NCBI GenBank assembly: GCA_963792585.1
Contig: CAWBWI010000001.1
Location: 1,824,001 to 1,888,000, forward strand
Source: Candidatus Eiseniibacteriota bacterium
GTDB lineage: Bacteria; Eisenbacteria; RBG-16-71-46; CAIMUX01; VGJL01
DNA length: 64,000 bases
Direction of reading: 5' to 3'
Positions 31,062-41,577 of the stretch are shown piece by piece. The translations under genes and the position numbers were made by a program. The notes beneath the pieces were generated by a model, which was not told where the DNA came from, did no database searches, and saw only the letters and a program-made list of their open reading frames with translations. The number at the start of each line of letters is the position of its first letter. Positions within the stretch are counted from its first letter, which is position 1.

Positions 31062-32180
31062 TTGGTAAAGCGATCTCGTCCACCGGTGGTCGGTTGCCTC
31101 GGTCTCGCGGCCCTCTTCTTGCTTGTCACCACACTGCTCTCTTCATGTGGAGGGAAGAAAAAAGAACTCATCTTCATCGTGGGGGATGAGGACGGGGCGC
31201 GGGTGCAGGGTCTGGTGATCAGCGATGTCGGCTCCGGCGCGCGATTGGGAGTCAGCGATGAAAACGGACAGGTCAGCCTCATGCTTGCGCGACCCAAGGA
31301 CTCCCGCCTCTTTCTTCGTCTAGCCTCGCCCGAGCAGGACGGACGGCCCCTCTACATCCTCGAGGACGAGGAAATCGAGATCGTGGACCAGGACTTGAAG
31401 AGAGGCCGCCGCGTGATTCGCGTCGAACGCAGCGCTCCGCCCGAGAGCACCATCGTCGAGGTGGCGAGCTTCCGAATTGCGTCCGATCCGCCGGGCGCGA
31501 CGGTCTTGATCAACGGGGTGGACAAAGGCCTCACACCGGCGGATCTGATTGATCTCTCCCCGGGGAGGATCCACGTTGAGTTGCGGCTGGACGGGTACCA
31601 GCCGTGGAGCAAGGATCTTCTGCTCACAGCAGAAGGGACGGCAGATACGATCGTCTTGCAGAAGGCTGCGGACACCATGGCTTCCGTGCGGGTCGAATCC
31701 AGTCCCAAGGGCGCCACGATCGCGCTCGACGAAAGGGGAACGGGCGAGAAGACACCGGCAACGCTGACCGGTCTGCGGCCGGGGCGGCACACGATACGAC
31801 TCGAGCTGGCCGGTTACGAGCCGACCGGAACGAGGGTCGAACTGCGGGCCGGCGAGCAGGCGCAGGTCAAACTCCAACTTCAACCCACCGGTGGCCCTGA
31901 TGAACCGGTCCCGCCCCCACCACCGCCCAAGCCCAAGAGGATCACCTACAGCGTGAGCGCGAAGCCTTGGGCTCTCGTATACGTGGACGGCGATCCGGTG
32001 CCGCGCGGCGAATCCGGTCCGTTCAAGATTCCCCTGGCACCGGGCCTCCACCACTTCCGCTGTGTGAACGAAGCGAATGGAACGGACGTGCTGTTGAGTC
32101 GCGATCTGCCATCCGGGGACACATCGACGATACTCATCCTCGATTGGCAGAACAGGCGAATAACCGCCCGGAGACCGTGA
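31062..32180 (+). CDS. PEGA-domain lipoprotein
   Basis: Lipobox-like LSSC. Two clear PEGA repeats (SDPPGATVLING..G.TP; SSPKGATIALD...TP). TTG start after GAGGAGG. Confidence 0.8.
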   Translation: MVKRSRPPVVGCLGLAALFLLVTTLLSSCGGKKKELIFIVGDEDGARVQGLVISDVGSGARLGVSDENGQVSLMLARPKDSRLFLRLASPEQDGRPLYILEDEEIEIVDQDLKRGRRVIRVERSAPPESTIVEVASFRIASDPPGATVLINGVDKGLTPADLIDLSPGRIHVELRLDGYQPWSKDLLLTAEGTADTIVLQKAADTMASVRVESSPKGATIALDERGTGEKTPATLTGLRPGRHTIRLELAGYEPTGTRVELRAGEQAQVKLQLQPTGGPDEPVPPPPPPKPKRITYSVSAKPWALVYVDGDPVPRGESGPFKIPLAPGLHHFRCVNEANGTDVLLSRDLPSGDTSTILILDWQNRRITARRP

Positions 32181-32373
32181 GCCTCCGTCTAGCCTGAAGG
32201 CCATGGGAGTGACGGGGTGATTCCGCCGGCACTCGGGAATCAGTGCTGCGAGGCGGTGGCGGTTTGCCTCATACTCCCCAGTTGGCCGCAGGCAAACGAG
32301 AATAGACGCAGAGACCATTCACTGCTGCTTGAATCGATGAGCCCGGCCCCCGCCCGGCTCCGAGAGGAATTCC

Positions 32374-33543
32374 ATGAAATCGATCTCCATTCCCGGCATG
32401 GTACAAAGGACCCGGAACTCTCGATGCACCTTTTCCTCCGGCCCCCAACGCGCTCTTCCACGTCGTTCCTCCGGCGTGACACTCGCCATCATGGGGTTCT
32501 GCGCCCTGGCGGCCATGTTCTTCGCGCCATCCTCCGCGGTGGGGCAGGGCGCTGGTGGCGCCTCAGCCGAGAAAGTCTGCGACGCCTACTGGGCGCAGCA
32601 GTACGATGCCGCGCTAAAGATCGCTGCGCAAATTCTGGCCGGCTCTCAGACCGCGACTCCCGAGAAGATCGAAACCTACAAGTGCCAGGCGTGCACTTAC
32701 GTCGCGAAGCGCCAGATGACTCCCGCCAGGGCCTCCATCTCCGGAATGCTGGTCGCGGACCCATCGGCGAGATTCACCCCCCCGTATACGTATCCTCCCC
32801 CGGTGCTCGAACTCTACAACACGGTCCGGGACAGCATGCATGCCGACAACATGGACATCAGGACCATCGCTGTCGGTGACTTCGAGGACAACTCGCCCTA
32901 CAAGGGCAAGTTCAAGGATTACGACTTTTCCATGCTCCGCCTTGCCCTCGTTCACACGGTGATGGCCGACCTGGCGGAAGCGACCCCGCTCAAGATCGTG
33001 GATCGCCAACGCACAGAACAGCTCGTCAAGGAGATCCAGCTCGGTCAGTCGGGGTTCGCGGACCCTGCGCAGTCCGTTCGATTCGGGCAGCTACTTGGAG
33101 CGCAGACGTTCATCTTCGGGCAGTTCATGGTCCTTACGAAAGACAAAATCCGAATCGACGCGCGTGTCGTCCACACGGCCACGGGCCAGGTGATCCTCAC
33201 GAGGCAAGTTACCGGCGAATTCAGTGGTGACCCCGAGAAGTTTCTCGCCCTGGAGCGGGACCTCGTGAACGCGCTCGCATCCGGAATTGACCAGATCCTG
33301 GCGGAGGGCGGGGACAAGATCGAGCTGGATCAGATGACTGGCAATTACTTCGAAGCCAAGCGGGCGTCGATCAAGGGGCGGGAGAAGTACGTCGAGAGCA
33401 AGTTCAAGACCGCTGAAGCGCTCGAACTCGAGGACAAGGGCGACTACAGGGCCGCAAAGACCGCGTGGAAGCAGGTCTTGGAGATGGACCCCGGGAACGA
33501 GGTCGCCGGTCAGAGACTTCGGGCATTGAACACAATGGGCTAA
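32374..33543 (+). CDS. Secreted TPR-like + CsgG/HfaB-like protein, paralog of 9959-11077
   Basis: IAVGDFE...TPLKIVDRQR...KEIQLGQSG...RFGQLLGAQ. True start probably later than the ORF start. Confidence 0.72.
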   Translation: MKSISIPGMVQRTRNSRCTFSSGPQRALPRRSSGVTLAIMGFCALAAMFFAPSSAVGQGAGGASAEKVCDAYWAQQYDAALKIAAQILAGSQTATPEKIETYKCQACTYVAKRQMTPARASISGMLVADPSARFTPPYTYPPPVLELYNTVRDSMHADNMDIRTIAVGDFEDNSPYKGKFKDYDFSMLRLALVHTVMADLAEATPLKIVDRQRTEQLVKEIQLGQSGFADPAQSVRFGQLLGAQTFIFGQFMVLTKDKIRIDARVVHTATGQVILTRQVTGEFSGDPEKFLALERDLVNALASGIDQILAEGGDKIELDQMTGNYFEAKRASIKGREKYVESKFKTAEALELEDKGDYRAAKTAWKQVLEMDPGNEVAGQRLRALNTMG

Positions 33544-33585
33544 GAAATACCTTGTGGCCGAAGCAGCGGCCGTCGTGCTCAGCCG

Positions 33586-36500
33586 TCACGGAATGTACAG
33601 CCAGACCTCGAGTCGACTTGGTCCGGGCCCGAGATGGTAGAGCCATCCCGTTTCGGGATCGACGACGAGAAACCCGTCCGTAGCCGGAGGATCCGTTACG
33701 TTCCTCTCGCCGCCTGGGTCGAGAACCGTCCAGGTCGCCGTCAGGTCCGAGATATCGGCCACGTGAAGGTCGTTCATCGGGGTGCCGTTGTCGTTGAATC
33801 CTCCCAACACGTAGAACCTGCTCCGGGCGAAGTCGGATGCGCAGTCCGCCTCGTAACGCGCGTCAGGGGCCAGCACTTCCCCCCTCAGTCTTGCGCCGCT
33901 CACTCCCGTCTTCCCGCCAGCCAATGTGAAGAGGTAGAAGTCATTGAACGGACCGGTCTCATCCCGCCCTCCCCATAAGAGGAACTGGCTCGGGCCCCAG
34001 GAGTCCATCCCGTGACCCGCGCGCGCGCCAGGTAGGTCCTCCGGTGGAGAGGTGATGGGAACGCAATGCTCCTCGGAGTCTTGCCAGTAGGTTCGGTACT
34101 CCTGCACATAGGTCGGCTCGGGGAAGCTGTGATATTGCCAGCCGCCGAACGCGTAGAAGCGCTGGGTTCCAGATAACCAGGCTGCACCGGTTCCCTCTTT
34201 CGACGAGAATTCTGGACCATAGTCTCCCTGGCAGATCCAGCTCCAGTTGCTCGTACCCCGGTCGAGGAACCAACCGCCACCATCATCTGGCCATGGGCTA
34301 CCGCCATCCATGAAGGCGATTCTGCGCCCGGGATCATAGGCCATGCTCGCCCGATAACGGCCCCCGATCGATGGGGAGGACGAGTACTGCTGCTCAATCC
34401 ATGTGGAGTCCGCAATCCTGAACAACCACATGTCTGAGAGAGTGTCGGGACTACTCCCCTTTCCGCCGAAGATCAGGATTCCTCGCTGCTCCGGAATCCA
34501 TGCTCCGGCGTGGCCGTTGCGGGCGGATGGCGATTGGCCCTGCACGGCGATGGGACGCCACCCAGAGGTGGTTGCATCGGCTCGGTTCGAAAACCCCGAT
34601 GGGCCGGCCAGGTTGAGAGCCCGTACCCTGTATGCGTAGGCGCGCGCGGGCAGGATATCCGGATCGAAGTAGGAGACGACATTGCCGGGTCGCGTCGCGA
34701 TCGCAGTGAAATCTTGGTCTTGCGTACGGCGGCGTTGGATTTCGTAGCTGCTCACGACGCCCTCCGACTGATCCCACTCGAGCACGACTCCGGGTGGGTC
34801 CTGAGCATCGTAGGTCGCCCGAAGCCCGCCGGGAGGACTTGGCGGAAGTAGGTCGGTCGAAACCTGTGAGGTGCGCCAACCGGACCCAACCGTGTCGCCC
34901 CCGCAGGCTATGCGATCGATCACCTTCACGCGATATCCGTACCGCAAGTTGATCTGGATCCCGGAGTCCACCGCACCGCGCGTGGAACCATCGAATGGAC
35001 TCCCAGGAAGGGCGATCCAAGCGTCTCCATCGTCGAGCGCGCGCCTCTCGACGTCGAAGTGATCCGGATCGGACCCTCCGAGACTCCAGGCAAGATTCAC
35101 CTGAGGCACGAAAGGATCGAAGGCTGCATCAAGCGAGGTGGTCGGCGGAGGGGGTGTTGCGCCGGCAATCAGAGCGTACGCGGAGAGGTCACCGGAATCC
35201 TCTGCGTAGATCCGGAACTCGTAGGTGGTGCGCTGGTCGAGCCCCGTCAATACAATCCTCTTAGTCCCGCCGGGCGTCGGCGTGGCCCCTTCCCAGTCAA
35301 TCTGGCCACAGATGCGCCTATCCACGTAAAACCAGTCCGGAGGGTCCTCCTCATAGTTCCAGGATAGGTCGATGGACGTGACTCCCAAGACCGACGTCGT
35401 CAGATCGAAGGGCACGGGCGGCCATGTGCGATCCGTCGCGATGTTCGATGGATCTGAACTCACCCCAAGTGCGCTGACCGCACGAATCCGGAACGCGTAT
35501 TCGGTCCGCGACCGGAGCTCGACGGAGTCGATAAACTCCTCGATGTTCGCCCCCACCGCACCGATGAAGCCGAATTCGCCTTGACCCTGCCGGCGTTCGA
35601 TCTCAAAACGCTCCTCGTTGGAGGATTGATCCGTCCATGTGAGACGAATCCGATCCGATCCCTCGGCGGTTGCGAGGAGCCCGGCCGGTGTCGGGGGTAT
35701 CCCGAGCCCCACCGTGATCGTCACCGGGCTGGAACGCTTCGACCACACTTCAGCGATGGCCGCGTCGATGGCATAGGCATAGGTGCTGCTCCGGCTCACC
35801 TCCCCATCAAAGCAAGTGCGTTCGGATCCATCGAGACTCTGGATCCGCACCCAGGCGCCTCCGGCTGTCACGTCACGCCTCCAAACCCTGAACTGAGTAG
35901 GCTCAATCGACGGGTAGCGCCACGTCAGGAAGACTCCCGATCGAGTCGAATCTCTGGCCGACAAACCAGAAGGCCTCGGGGGAAGAGTCATCACGGAGAG
36001 TGGCCCGGCGGGCTGGGACTCGACCCCCTCAGAGCTAGCCCGCACCTGATAGAAGTATTCGGTCAGCGAATCCAGACTCGCATCGGAAAAGCTCGACTCC
36101 GATCCGTCGACGGAATCTGCCACAGCGAATCCCTGCTGGTCGAATCGCCTCCGCTCGATCTTGAAGCGATTGGGCCGGGAACTCCCGTATTCCCAACTGA
36201 CGCGCACGGAGTCCTCGGAGAGTGCAAGAAGCGCCAGATTCGTTGGCGGGGCTGGGGCCGTCGCGCCGAGTGGCACCCCGATCGAATCGCTCAACGCACC
36301 CCTGTAGTAGGCGTTTTGCGCGAATACCCTGTGGATGACCCGTCCGGTAAGCGCGCCTGAAAGGTCGGGGGGGAAGAGGGCAAAGCTCGCGCCGACTTGG
36401 ATGTCGTCAGTCTCCCCTCCGGGGAGAAAACGCCGGACCACGTACGACTCGGCTGCCGCGACCGCGGTCCAATCCAAGCGATAGCCCTGGACGATGCTCC

Positions 36501-37005
36501 CGCTCGCTCGCAGGCCTCGGGGATAGAATGGGGTGAGAATGATCGATATCGTTGTCTGACCCCCCTCGGAAACGGAAAACGGCGTTATGCTCTGCCCGTA
36601 GAAGAGAACGCCGTCTTCGGGAACTGCCACTTCATCGACAACCGAGCCGGACGCGGCCACCTCCACCGCCGTGTTCTCGCCGGCAGAGACGACTGTCTCG
36701 ATTCGAAATGTCGATTGCCCCGGCTCGATGTCCGCCCCCGCCTGCGCGAGCAGATGTTCCGCGTCGTCGACGATTCGGTGGACCTGGAGATCAACACGGC
36801 GGATTTGCGGTGCGAGGGACTTCCCCGGCGGCCGAGTCGCTTCGACCGAATCCGGTCCGAACTGCAGAAGAACCCGAAGGGCGCCCCCGTCTTGCGGGCG
36901 CACCGGCGTATCATCCTGACATGATGCACACACCAAGAGCGCCACGAGGACCCCTGCGAAGCAGGCCCCCGTCCCGGGCCGGGTGAGGTCGAATTGTCTC
37001 ATCAT
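33586..37005 (-). CDS. Large lipoprotein with multiple fibronectin type III domains and C-terminal Kelch-like repeats
   Basis: Lipobox-like CASC, repeated LxW...FEIERR...YxYRVRA units, and Kelch-like IFGG/AFGG/LWGG/VLGG. Confidence 0.85.
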   Translation of the reverse strand: MMRQFDLTRPGTGACFAGVLVALLVCASCQDDTPVRPQDGGALRVLLQFGPDSVEATRPPGKSLAPQIRRVDLQVHRIVDDAEHLLAQAGADIEPGQSTFRIETVVSAGENTAVEVAASGSVVDEVAVPEDGVLFYGQSITPFSVSEGGQTTISIILTPFYPRGLRASGSIVQGYRLDWTAVAAAESYVVRRFLPGGETDDIQVGASFALFPPDLSGALTGRVIHRVFAQNAYYRGALSDSIGVPLGATAPAPPTNLALLALSEDSVRVSWEYGSSRPNRFKIERRRFDQQGFAVADSVDGSESSFSDASLDSLTEYFYQVRASSEGVESQPAGPLSVMTLPPRPSGLSARDSTRSGVFLTWRYPSIEPTQFRVWRRDVTAGGAWVRIQSLDGSERTCFDGEVSRSSTYAYAIDAAIAEVWSKRSSPVTITVGLGIPPTPAGLLATAEGSDRIRLTWTDQSSNEERFEIERRQGQGEFGFIGAVGANIEEFIDSVELRSRTEYAFRIRAVSALGVSSDPSNIATDRTWPPVPFDLTTSVLGVTSIDLSWNYEEDPPDWFYVDRRICGQIDWEGATPTPGGTKRIVLTGLDQRTTYEFRIYAEDSGDLSAYALIAGATPPPPTTSLDAAFDPFVPQVNLAWSLGGSDPDHFDVERRALDDGDAWIALPGSPFDGSTRGAVDSGIQINLRYGYRVKVIDRIACGGDTVGSGWRTSQVSTDLLPPSPPGGLRATYDAQDPPGVVLEWDQSEGVVSSYEIQRRRTQDQDFTAIATRPGNVVSYFDPDILPARAYAYRVRALNLAGPSGFSNRADATTSGWRPIAVQGQSPSARNGHAGAWIPEQRGILIFGGKGSSPDTLSDMWLFRIADSTWIEQQYSSSPSIGGRYRASMAYDPGRRIAFMDGGSPWPDDGGGWFLDRGTSNWSWICQGDYGPEFSSKEGTGAAWLSGTQRFYAFGGWQYHSFPEPTYVQEYRTYWQDSEEHCVPITSPPEDLPGARAGHGMDSWGPSQFLLWGGRDETGPFNDFYLFTLAGGKTGVSGARLRGEVLAPDARYEADCASDFARSRFYVLGGFNDNGTPMNDLHVADISDLTATWTVLDPGGERNVTDPPATDGFLVVDPETGWLYHLGPGPSRLEVWLYIP

Positions 37006-37504
37006 TGACCTCTGTGCAACTTGACCTTCCGGTCGCGCGGAGAACGCACCAGGTTCACCGCACGCATCCTCGACAATCTCACCCCGACCCCTGTCCGGGT
37101 TCGGATTCAGGATCGCCACGGGAGTCTTCCTCCCCCGGGCCGGAAGGACGAACCCAGGAGGATACAGGATATCGGTCGCTGGAGCGACCAGAGGTTCGCC
37201 GCCGTGGGGAGGTCCCGATTGTTCGCCTCACGATTCCCGACGGCCGGGACGGAGGCGGACCTGACAACGCCGCTATCCGCGGACAATTCCATGGAGGGCG
37301 GGGTCCGCCAAGATTGGAGTCTCATGTGAAGAACGTCCGGTTGTTGACTTTGTACGCTCCGCCGTCAATCATCGACTGGCCAGAGTGAGATCGGCCTTTC
37401 CAGGAACAGGGCGAATCGTAGGCGATCCAAGAAACGAAGCGACAATGTGAGCCGGGATTAGCCGCACCCGACCGTGCCATGGATTACCAGGCAGGAGACG
37501 GAAC

Positions 37505-40500
37505 ATGCACCCCCGGCGTCGATGGAAGTTGCGACCTCCGGTGTTACGGCCCAGCAGTCGTCCGCATGATGAGATTCCGCCCGCTCCGAGGGGCCGATCA
37601 GGCCAGAGAACGCGGCATGTCTGGTGGCCCCTTGAAGGCATTTGCCTGCTCCTGATGGTCGGTTGCACAGCGGAACCCACCTCCCCTCGAAACGACGGGC
37701 GTGCCGCGTTGCGCGTCCATGCCACCTTTCAGGTGGCTCCGGGTCCCTCGCTGGATGAATCGACGAACACGGGTCAAACGGTCTCCACTCCTGGTCAGAA
37801 CGGACTCCTTCCCGACACTTCCTACCGGATCAATGGGGTGCATGCGCTGGCCCTTGAGTCCGTCGCAGACCGGCCAGAGTCTCTGCGGGCCGAGGCATCG
37901 ACTACCGTGCCCGATGGCGCTACCCGTTTTCGGCTCGTCCTTGAAGTGCCTCCGGCGGATCGGTATCGGGTGCAGGTCGACGCGCAAGGAACGCGCCGCC
38001 TCCCGAGCGGCAGCGAGAGTGAGTTCGGGAAGCTGTTCCTTGGGGATGCTCTCGTCCAGTCGGTCACGCCAGGATCTTCCCAGGACCTGGAGGTCGTGTT
38101 GAGGGATATCGTCCCGATGCTTTCCGTGGAGGTCACCAGGGATCAGTATCGCCTCCTCTGGACAGCCGTGGAGGGGGCTCAGCGATACTGGCTGAGAGAG
38201 ACCCTGGATGACGCCCCTGCGCGTCAGTTCGCCTCCACTGGCACGGACACTCTGATGCACTTTCCGATTTCCATGATGAGGGCCCTGAACCGACGGTCAG
38301 ATGAAAAGGGCCAGCTGATCTACAGAGTCAGGTCCGAGACCGGTGGCGGGGTCATGAGTGCATTCAGCGAGAGCGTGGATGTCTCGGTTCCCCTGCCCAC
38401 AGGTGCTTGCTGCATCGGAGATGGAGATTGCACCGTTCAGACTGAGGATGCCTGCGCGACCCAGGGTGGGATCTACGACGACACCGTCACAACCTGCGAC
38501 CCGAATCCCTGCCCTCTACCGCAGGCCTGTTGCTACCCCGACGACCACTGCGAGTTCGTGACCGTTGAGGACTGTAGTGATTCTGATGGTTCGCCGCAGG
38601 GCGTCGGCACAACCTGCGACCCGAATCCCTGCCCACAGCCTCAGGCGTGCTGCCTCCCCGACGGTCTATGCGAGTTACTGATCGTTGAGATCTGCGTTGC
38701 CTCTGGTGGCACGCCGCACGGCCCCGACACAAACTGCGACCCGAATCCCTGCCCACAGCCTCAGGCGTGCTGCTTCGAAGACGGTCAATGCGAGTTCGTG
38801 AACGTGGAGGACTGCACTGCTTCGAATGGTTCGCCGCAGGGCGCCGGCACGAACTGCGACCCGAATCCATGCCCGCTGTCTCAGGCTTGCTGCTTCCCCG
38901 ACGATCACTGCGAGTTCGTTACCGTTGAGGACTGCACTGCTTCGAATGGTTCGCCGCAGGGCGCCGGCACGAACTGCGACCCGAATCCATGCCCGCTGCC
39001 TCAGGCTTGCTGCTTCCCCGACGATCACTGCGAGTTCGTCACCGTTGAGGACTGCACTGCTTCGAATGGTTCGCCGCAGGGCGCCGGCACGAACTGCGAC
39101 CCGAATCCATGCCCGCTGCCTCAGGCTTGCTGCTTCCCCGACGATCACTGCGAGTTCGTCACCGTTGAAACCTGCAATGCTTCTGCTGGCACGCCGCACG
39201 GCCCCGGCACGAACTGCGACCCGAATCCATGCCCGCTGTCTCAGGCTTGCTGCTTCCCCGACGATCACTGCGAGTTCGTTACCGTTGAGGACTGCACTGC
39301 TTCGAATGGTTCGCCGCAGGGCGCCGGCACGAACTGCGACCCGAATCCATGCCCGCTGCCTCAGGCTTGCTGCTTCCCCGACGATCACTGCGAGTTCGTC
39401 ACCGTTGAAACCTGCAATGCTTCTGGTGGCACGCCGCACGGCCCCGGCACGAACTGCGACCCGAATCCCTGCCCACAGCCTCAGGCTTGCTGCTTCCCGG
39501 ACGGTCACTGCGAGTTCGTCACCGTTGAGGGCTGTAATGCTCTTGATGGTTCGCCGCAGGGCACCGGCACAACCTGCGACCCGAATCCCTGCCCGCAGCC
39601 TCAGGCTTGCTGCTTCCCCGACGATCACTGCGAGTTCGTCACCGTTGAAACCTGCAATGCCTTCGGTGGTTCGTCTCAAGGCGTCGGCGCAATCTGCGAC
39701 CCGAACCCTTGCCTTCTGCCTCTGGCCTGTTGCTTCCCCGACGATCATTGCGAGTTCGTCACCCTTGAGAGCTGCACTACTTCGGATGGTTCGCCGCAAG
39801 GCGTCGGCACAACCTGCGACCCGAATCCCTGCCCGCTGCCTCAGGCTTGCTGCCTCCCCGACGATCATTGCGAGTTTGTCACCCTTGAGAGCTGCACTAC
39901 TTCGGATGGTTCGCCGCAAGGCGTCGGCACAACCTGCGACCCGAATCCCTGCCCGCTGCCTCAGGCTTGCTGCCTCCCCGACGATCATTGCGAGTTCGTC
40001 ACCCTTGAGAGCTGCACTACTTCGGATGGTTCGCCGCAAGGCGTCGGCACAACCTGCGACCCGAATCCCTGCCCGCTGCCTCAGGCCTGCTGCTTCCCCG
40101 ACAATCACTGCGAGGATGTGACCGTTGAGACCTGCGATGCTACGGGTGGTACGCCACGCGGCCCTGGCACGAATTGCGTCTCGAATCCTTGCCTACCACC
40201 TGTCGGCGCCTGCTGCTTCGATGACGGCCAGTGCGCCCCTCGAATCGCGGCTGTCTGCTCCAATCAGGGTGGGGACTACCAGGGCGACCTCACGACTTGC
40301 GACCCGAATCCCTGCCCACCCCCTCAGGCCTGTTGCTTCCCAGACGGTCACTGCTTGTTCGTGACCGTTGAGGCCTGTAGTACCGCTGGTGGTTCGCCGC
40401 ACGGCCCCGGCACGAACTGCAACCCGAATCTCTGCCCACAACCGCCGCCCACGGGCGCTTGCTGCTTTGACGACGGTCATTGCGCCCCTCTCACCGAGGC

Positions 40501-41233
40501 CGTCTGCTCGAATCAAGGTGGGAACTACCTGGCCGACTTCACGACTTGCGACCCGAATCCCTGCCCACCCCCTCAGGCCTGTTGCTTCCCAGACGGTCAC
40601 TGCTTGTTCGTGACCGTTGAGGCCTGCAGTACCTCTGGTGGTTCGCCGCGCGGCCCTGGCACGAACTGCAACCCGAATCTCTGCCCACAGCCGCCGCCCA
40701 TGGGCGCTTGCTGCTTCAACGACGGTCATTGCGCCCCTCTCATCGAGGCCGTCTGCTCGACTCAGGGTGGGAACTACCTGGCCGACTTCACGACTTGCGA
40801 CCCGAATCCATGCCCACCCCCTCAGGCCTGTTGCTTCCCAGACGGTCACTGCTTGTTCGTGACCGCTGAGGCCTGCAGTACCTCTGGTGGTTCGCCGCGC
40901 GGCCCTGGCACGAACTGCAACCCGAATCTCTGCCCGCAGCCGCTGACCGGCGCCTGCTGTATCAACGACTCCTGTGTGATCACAACCCAGGCGAACTGTG
41001 AAGCGCAGGGTGGGTTGTACCAAGGTCCTTTCACGGACTGTGGCCCCCAAACCTGCTTGCCGACCGGTGCCTGCTGCCGCTTCGGCAGTTTCTGCGACAT
41101 CAGGACCGAACCAGATTGCGCAGGAGTAGGAGGGTTCTATCAGGGCGACTTCTTGCCTTGTGATCCGAATCCATGTCAGGGAGATTCTCTGACTGTGACG
41201 ACACCGCGAAAGACGGATGGACGTTCCAAGTAG
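37505..41233 (+). CDS. Putative surface lipoprotein with 23 six-cysteine repeats of about 40 aa
   Basis: Lipobox-like MVGC. Repeat unit (G/Q)ACCFPDDHCEFVTVEDC...G...GTNCDPNPCP. Start uncertain. Confidence 0.85.
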   Translation: MHPRRRWKLRPPVLRPSSRPHDEIPPAPRGRSGQRTRHVWWPLEGICLLLMVGCTAEPTSPRNDGRAALRVHATFQVAPGPSLDESTNTGQTVSTPGQNGLLPDTSYRINGVHALALESVADRPESLRAEASTTVPDGATRFRLVLEVPPADRYRVQVDAQGTRRLPSGSESEFGKLFLGDALVQSVTPGSSQDLEVVLRDIVPMLSVEVTRDQYRLLWTAVEGAQRYWLRETLDDAPARQFASTGTDTLMHFPISMMRALNRRSDEKGQLIYRVRSETGGGVMSAFSESVDVSVPLPTGACCIGDGDCTVQTEDACATQGGIYDDTVTTCDPNPCPLPQACCYPDDHCEFVTVEDCSDSDGSPQGVGTTCDPNPCPQPQACCLPDGLCELLIVEICVASGGTPHGPDTNCDPNPCPQPQACCFEDGQCEFVNVEDCTASNGSPQGAGTNCDPNPCPLSQACCFPDDHCEFVTVEDCTASNGSPQGAGTNCDPNPCPLPQACCFPDDHCEFVTVEDCTASNGSPQGAGTNCDPNPCPLPQACCFPDDHCEFVTVETCNASAGTPHGPGTNCDPNPCPLSQACCFPDDHCEFVTVEDCTASNGSPQGAGTNCDPNPCPLPQACCFPDDHCEFVTVETCNASGGTPHGPGTNCDPNPCPQPQACCFPDGHCEFVTVEGCNALDGSPQGTGTTCDPNPCPQPQACCFPDDHCEFVTVETCNAFGGSSQGVGAICDPNPCLLPLACCFPDDHCEFVTLESCTTSDGSPQGVGTTCDPNPCPLPQACCLPDDHCEFVTLESCTTSDGSPQGVGTTCDPNPCPLPQACCLPDDHCEFVTLESCTTSDGSPQGVGTTCDPNPCPLPQACCFPDNHCEDVTVETCDATGGTPRGPGTNCVSNPCLPPVGACCFDDGQCAPRIAAVCSNQGGDYQGDLTTCDPNPCPPPQACCFPDGHCLFVTVEACSTAGGSPHGPGTNCNPNLCPQPPPTGACCFDDGHCAPLTEAVCSNQGGNYLADFTTCDPNPCPPPQACCFPDGHCLFVTVEACSTSGGSPRGPGTNCNPNLCPQPPPMGACCFNDGHCAPLIEAVCSTQGGNYLADFTTCDPNPCPPPQACCFPDGHCLFVTAEACSTSGGSPRGPGTNCNPNLCPQPLTGACCINDSCVITTQANCEAQGGLYQGPFTDCGPQTCLPTGACCRFGSFCDIRTEPDCAGVGGFYQGDFLPCDPNPCQGDSLTVTTPRKTDGRSK
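38400..41180 (+). repeat. Coding tandem repeat with a 120-bp unit, switching to a 249-bp two-unit period
   Basis: tcaggcttgctgcttccccgacgatcactgcgag recurs every 120 bp (38881, 39001, 39121...). Alternating A/B units after about 40200. Confidence 0.95.
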
Positions 41234-41577
41234 CGAGCTTACTATCCGGAGTTGCGCCGCCGGTCCCCACGGCGGCACTTCCGGCTACGGGCGGGTCGGG
41301 GGCGAGGGTCGCGCCGATGAGTGCCCCGAGAGGCCGCGCGAACGATGTGCGTCGAAATCCGTCAGCCCATTCACCACCGCTAGGGGCGACTCCCTTTGCA
41401 ACGCTTCGATCCTGCCGTATTGGAGGGGACTTCCTGGGAAGCGGTTCAGTCACGCGAACGGGTTCGGATCGCAGATCAGATGCGACCACGAGGACGGGTT
41501 CTATCCAAGGGGCGCAACGGAAGTGAGACGACCGGCGGGAAGGGTCCCGCCGGTCGCATCCGGGGCTCGATGGGTTC

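Noticed and set aside
38400..41180. CRISPR array
   Set aside because: The repeats are in-frame coding units with no unique spacers, and there are no cas genes.
38675..41278. Long alternate-frame and antisense ORFs over the Cys repeat (477, 431 and 361 aa)
   Set aside because: Shadows of a stop-free tandem repeat.
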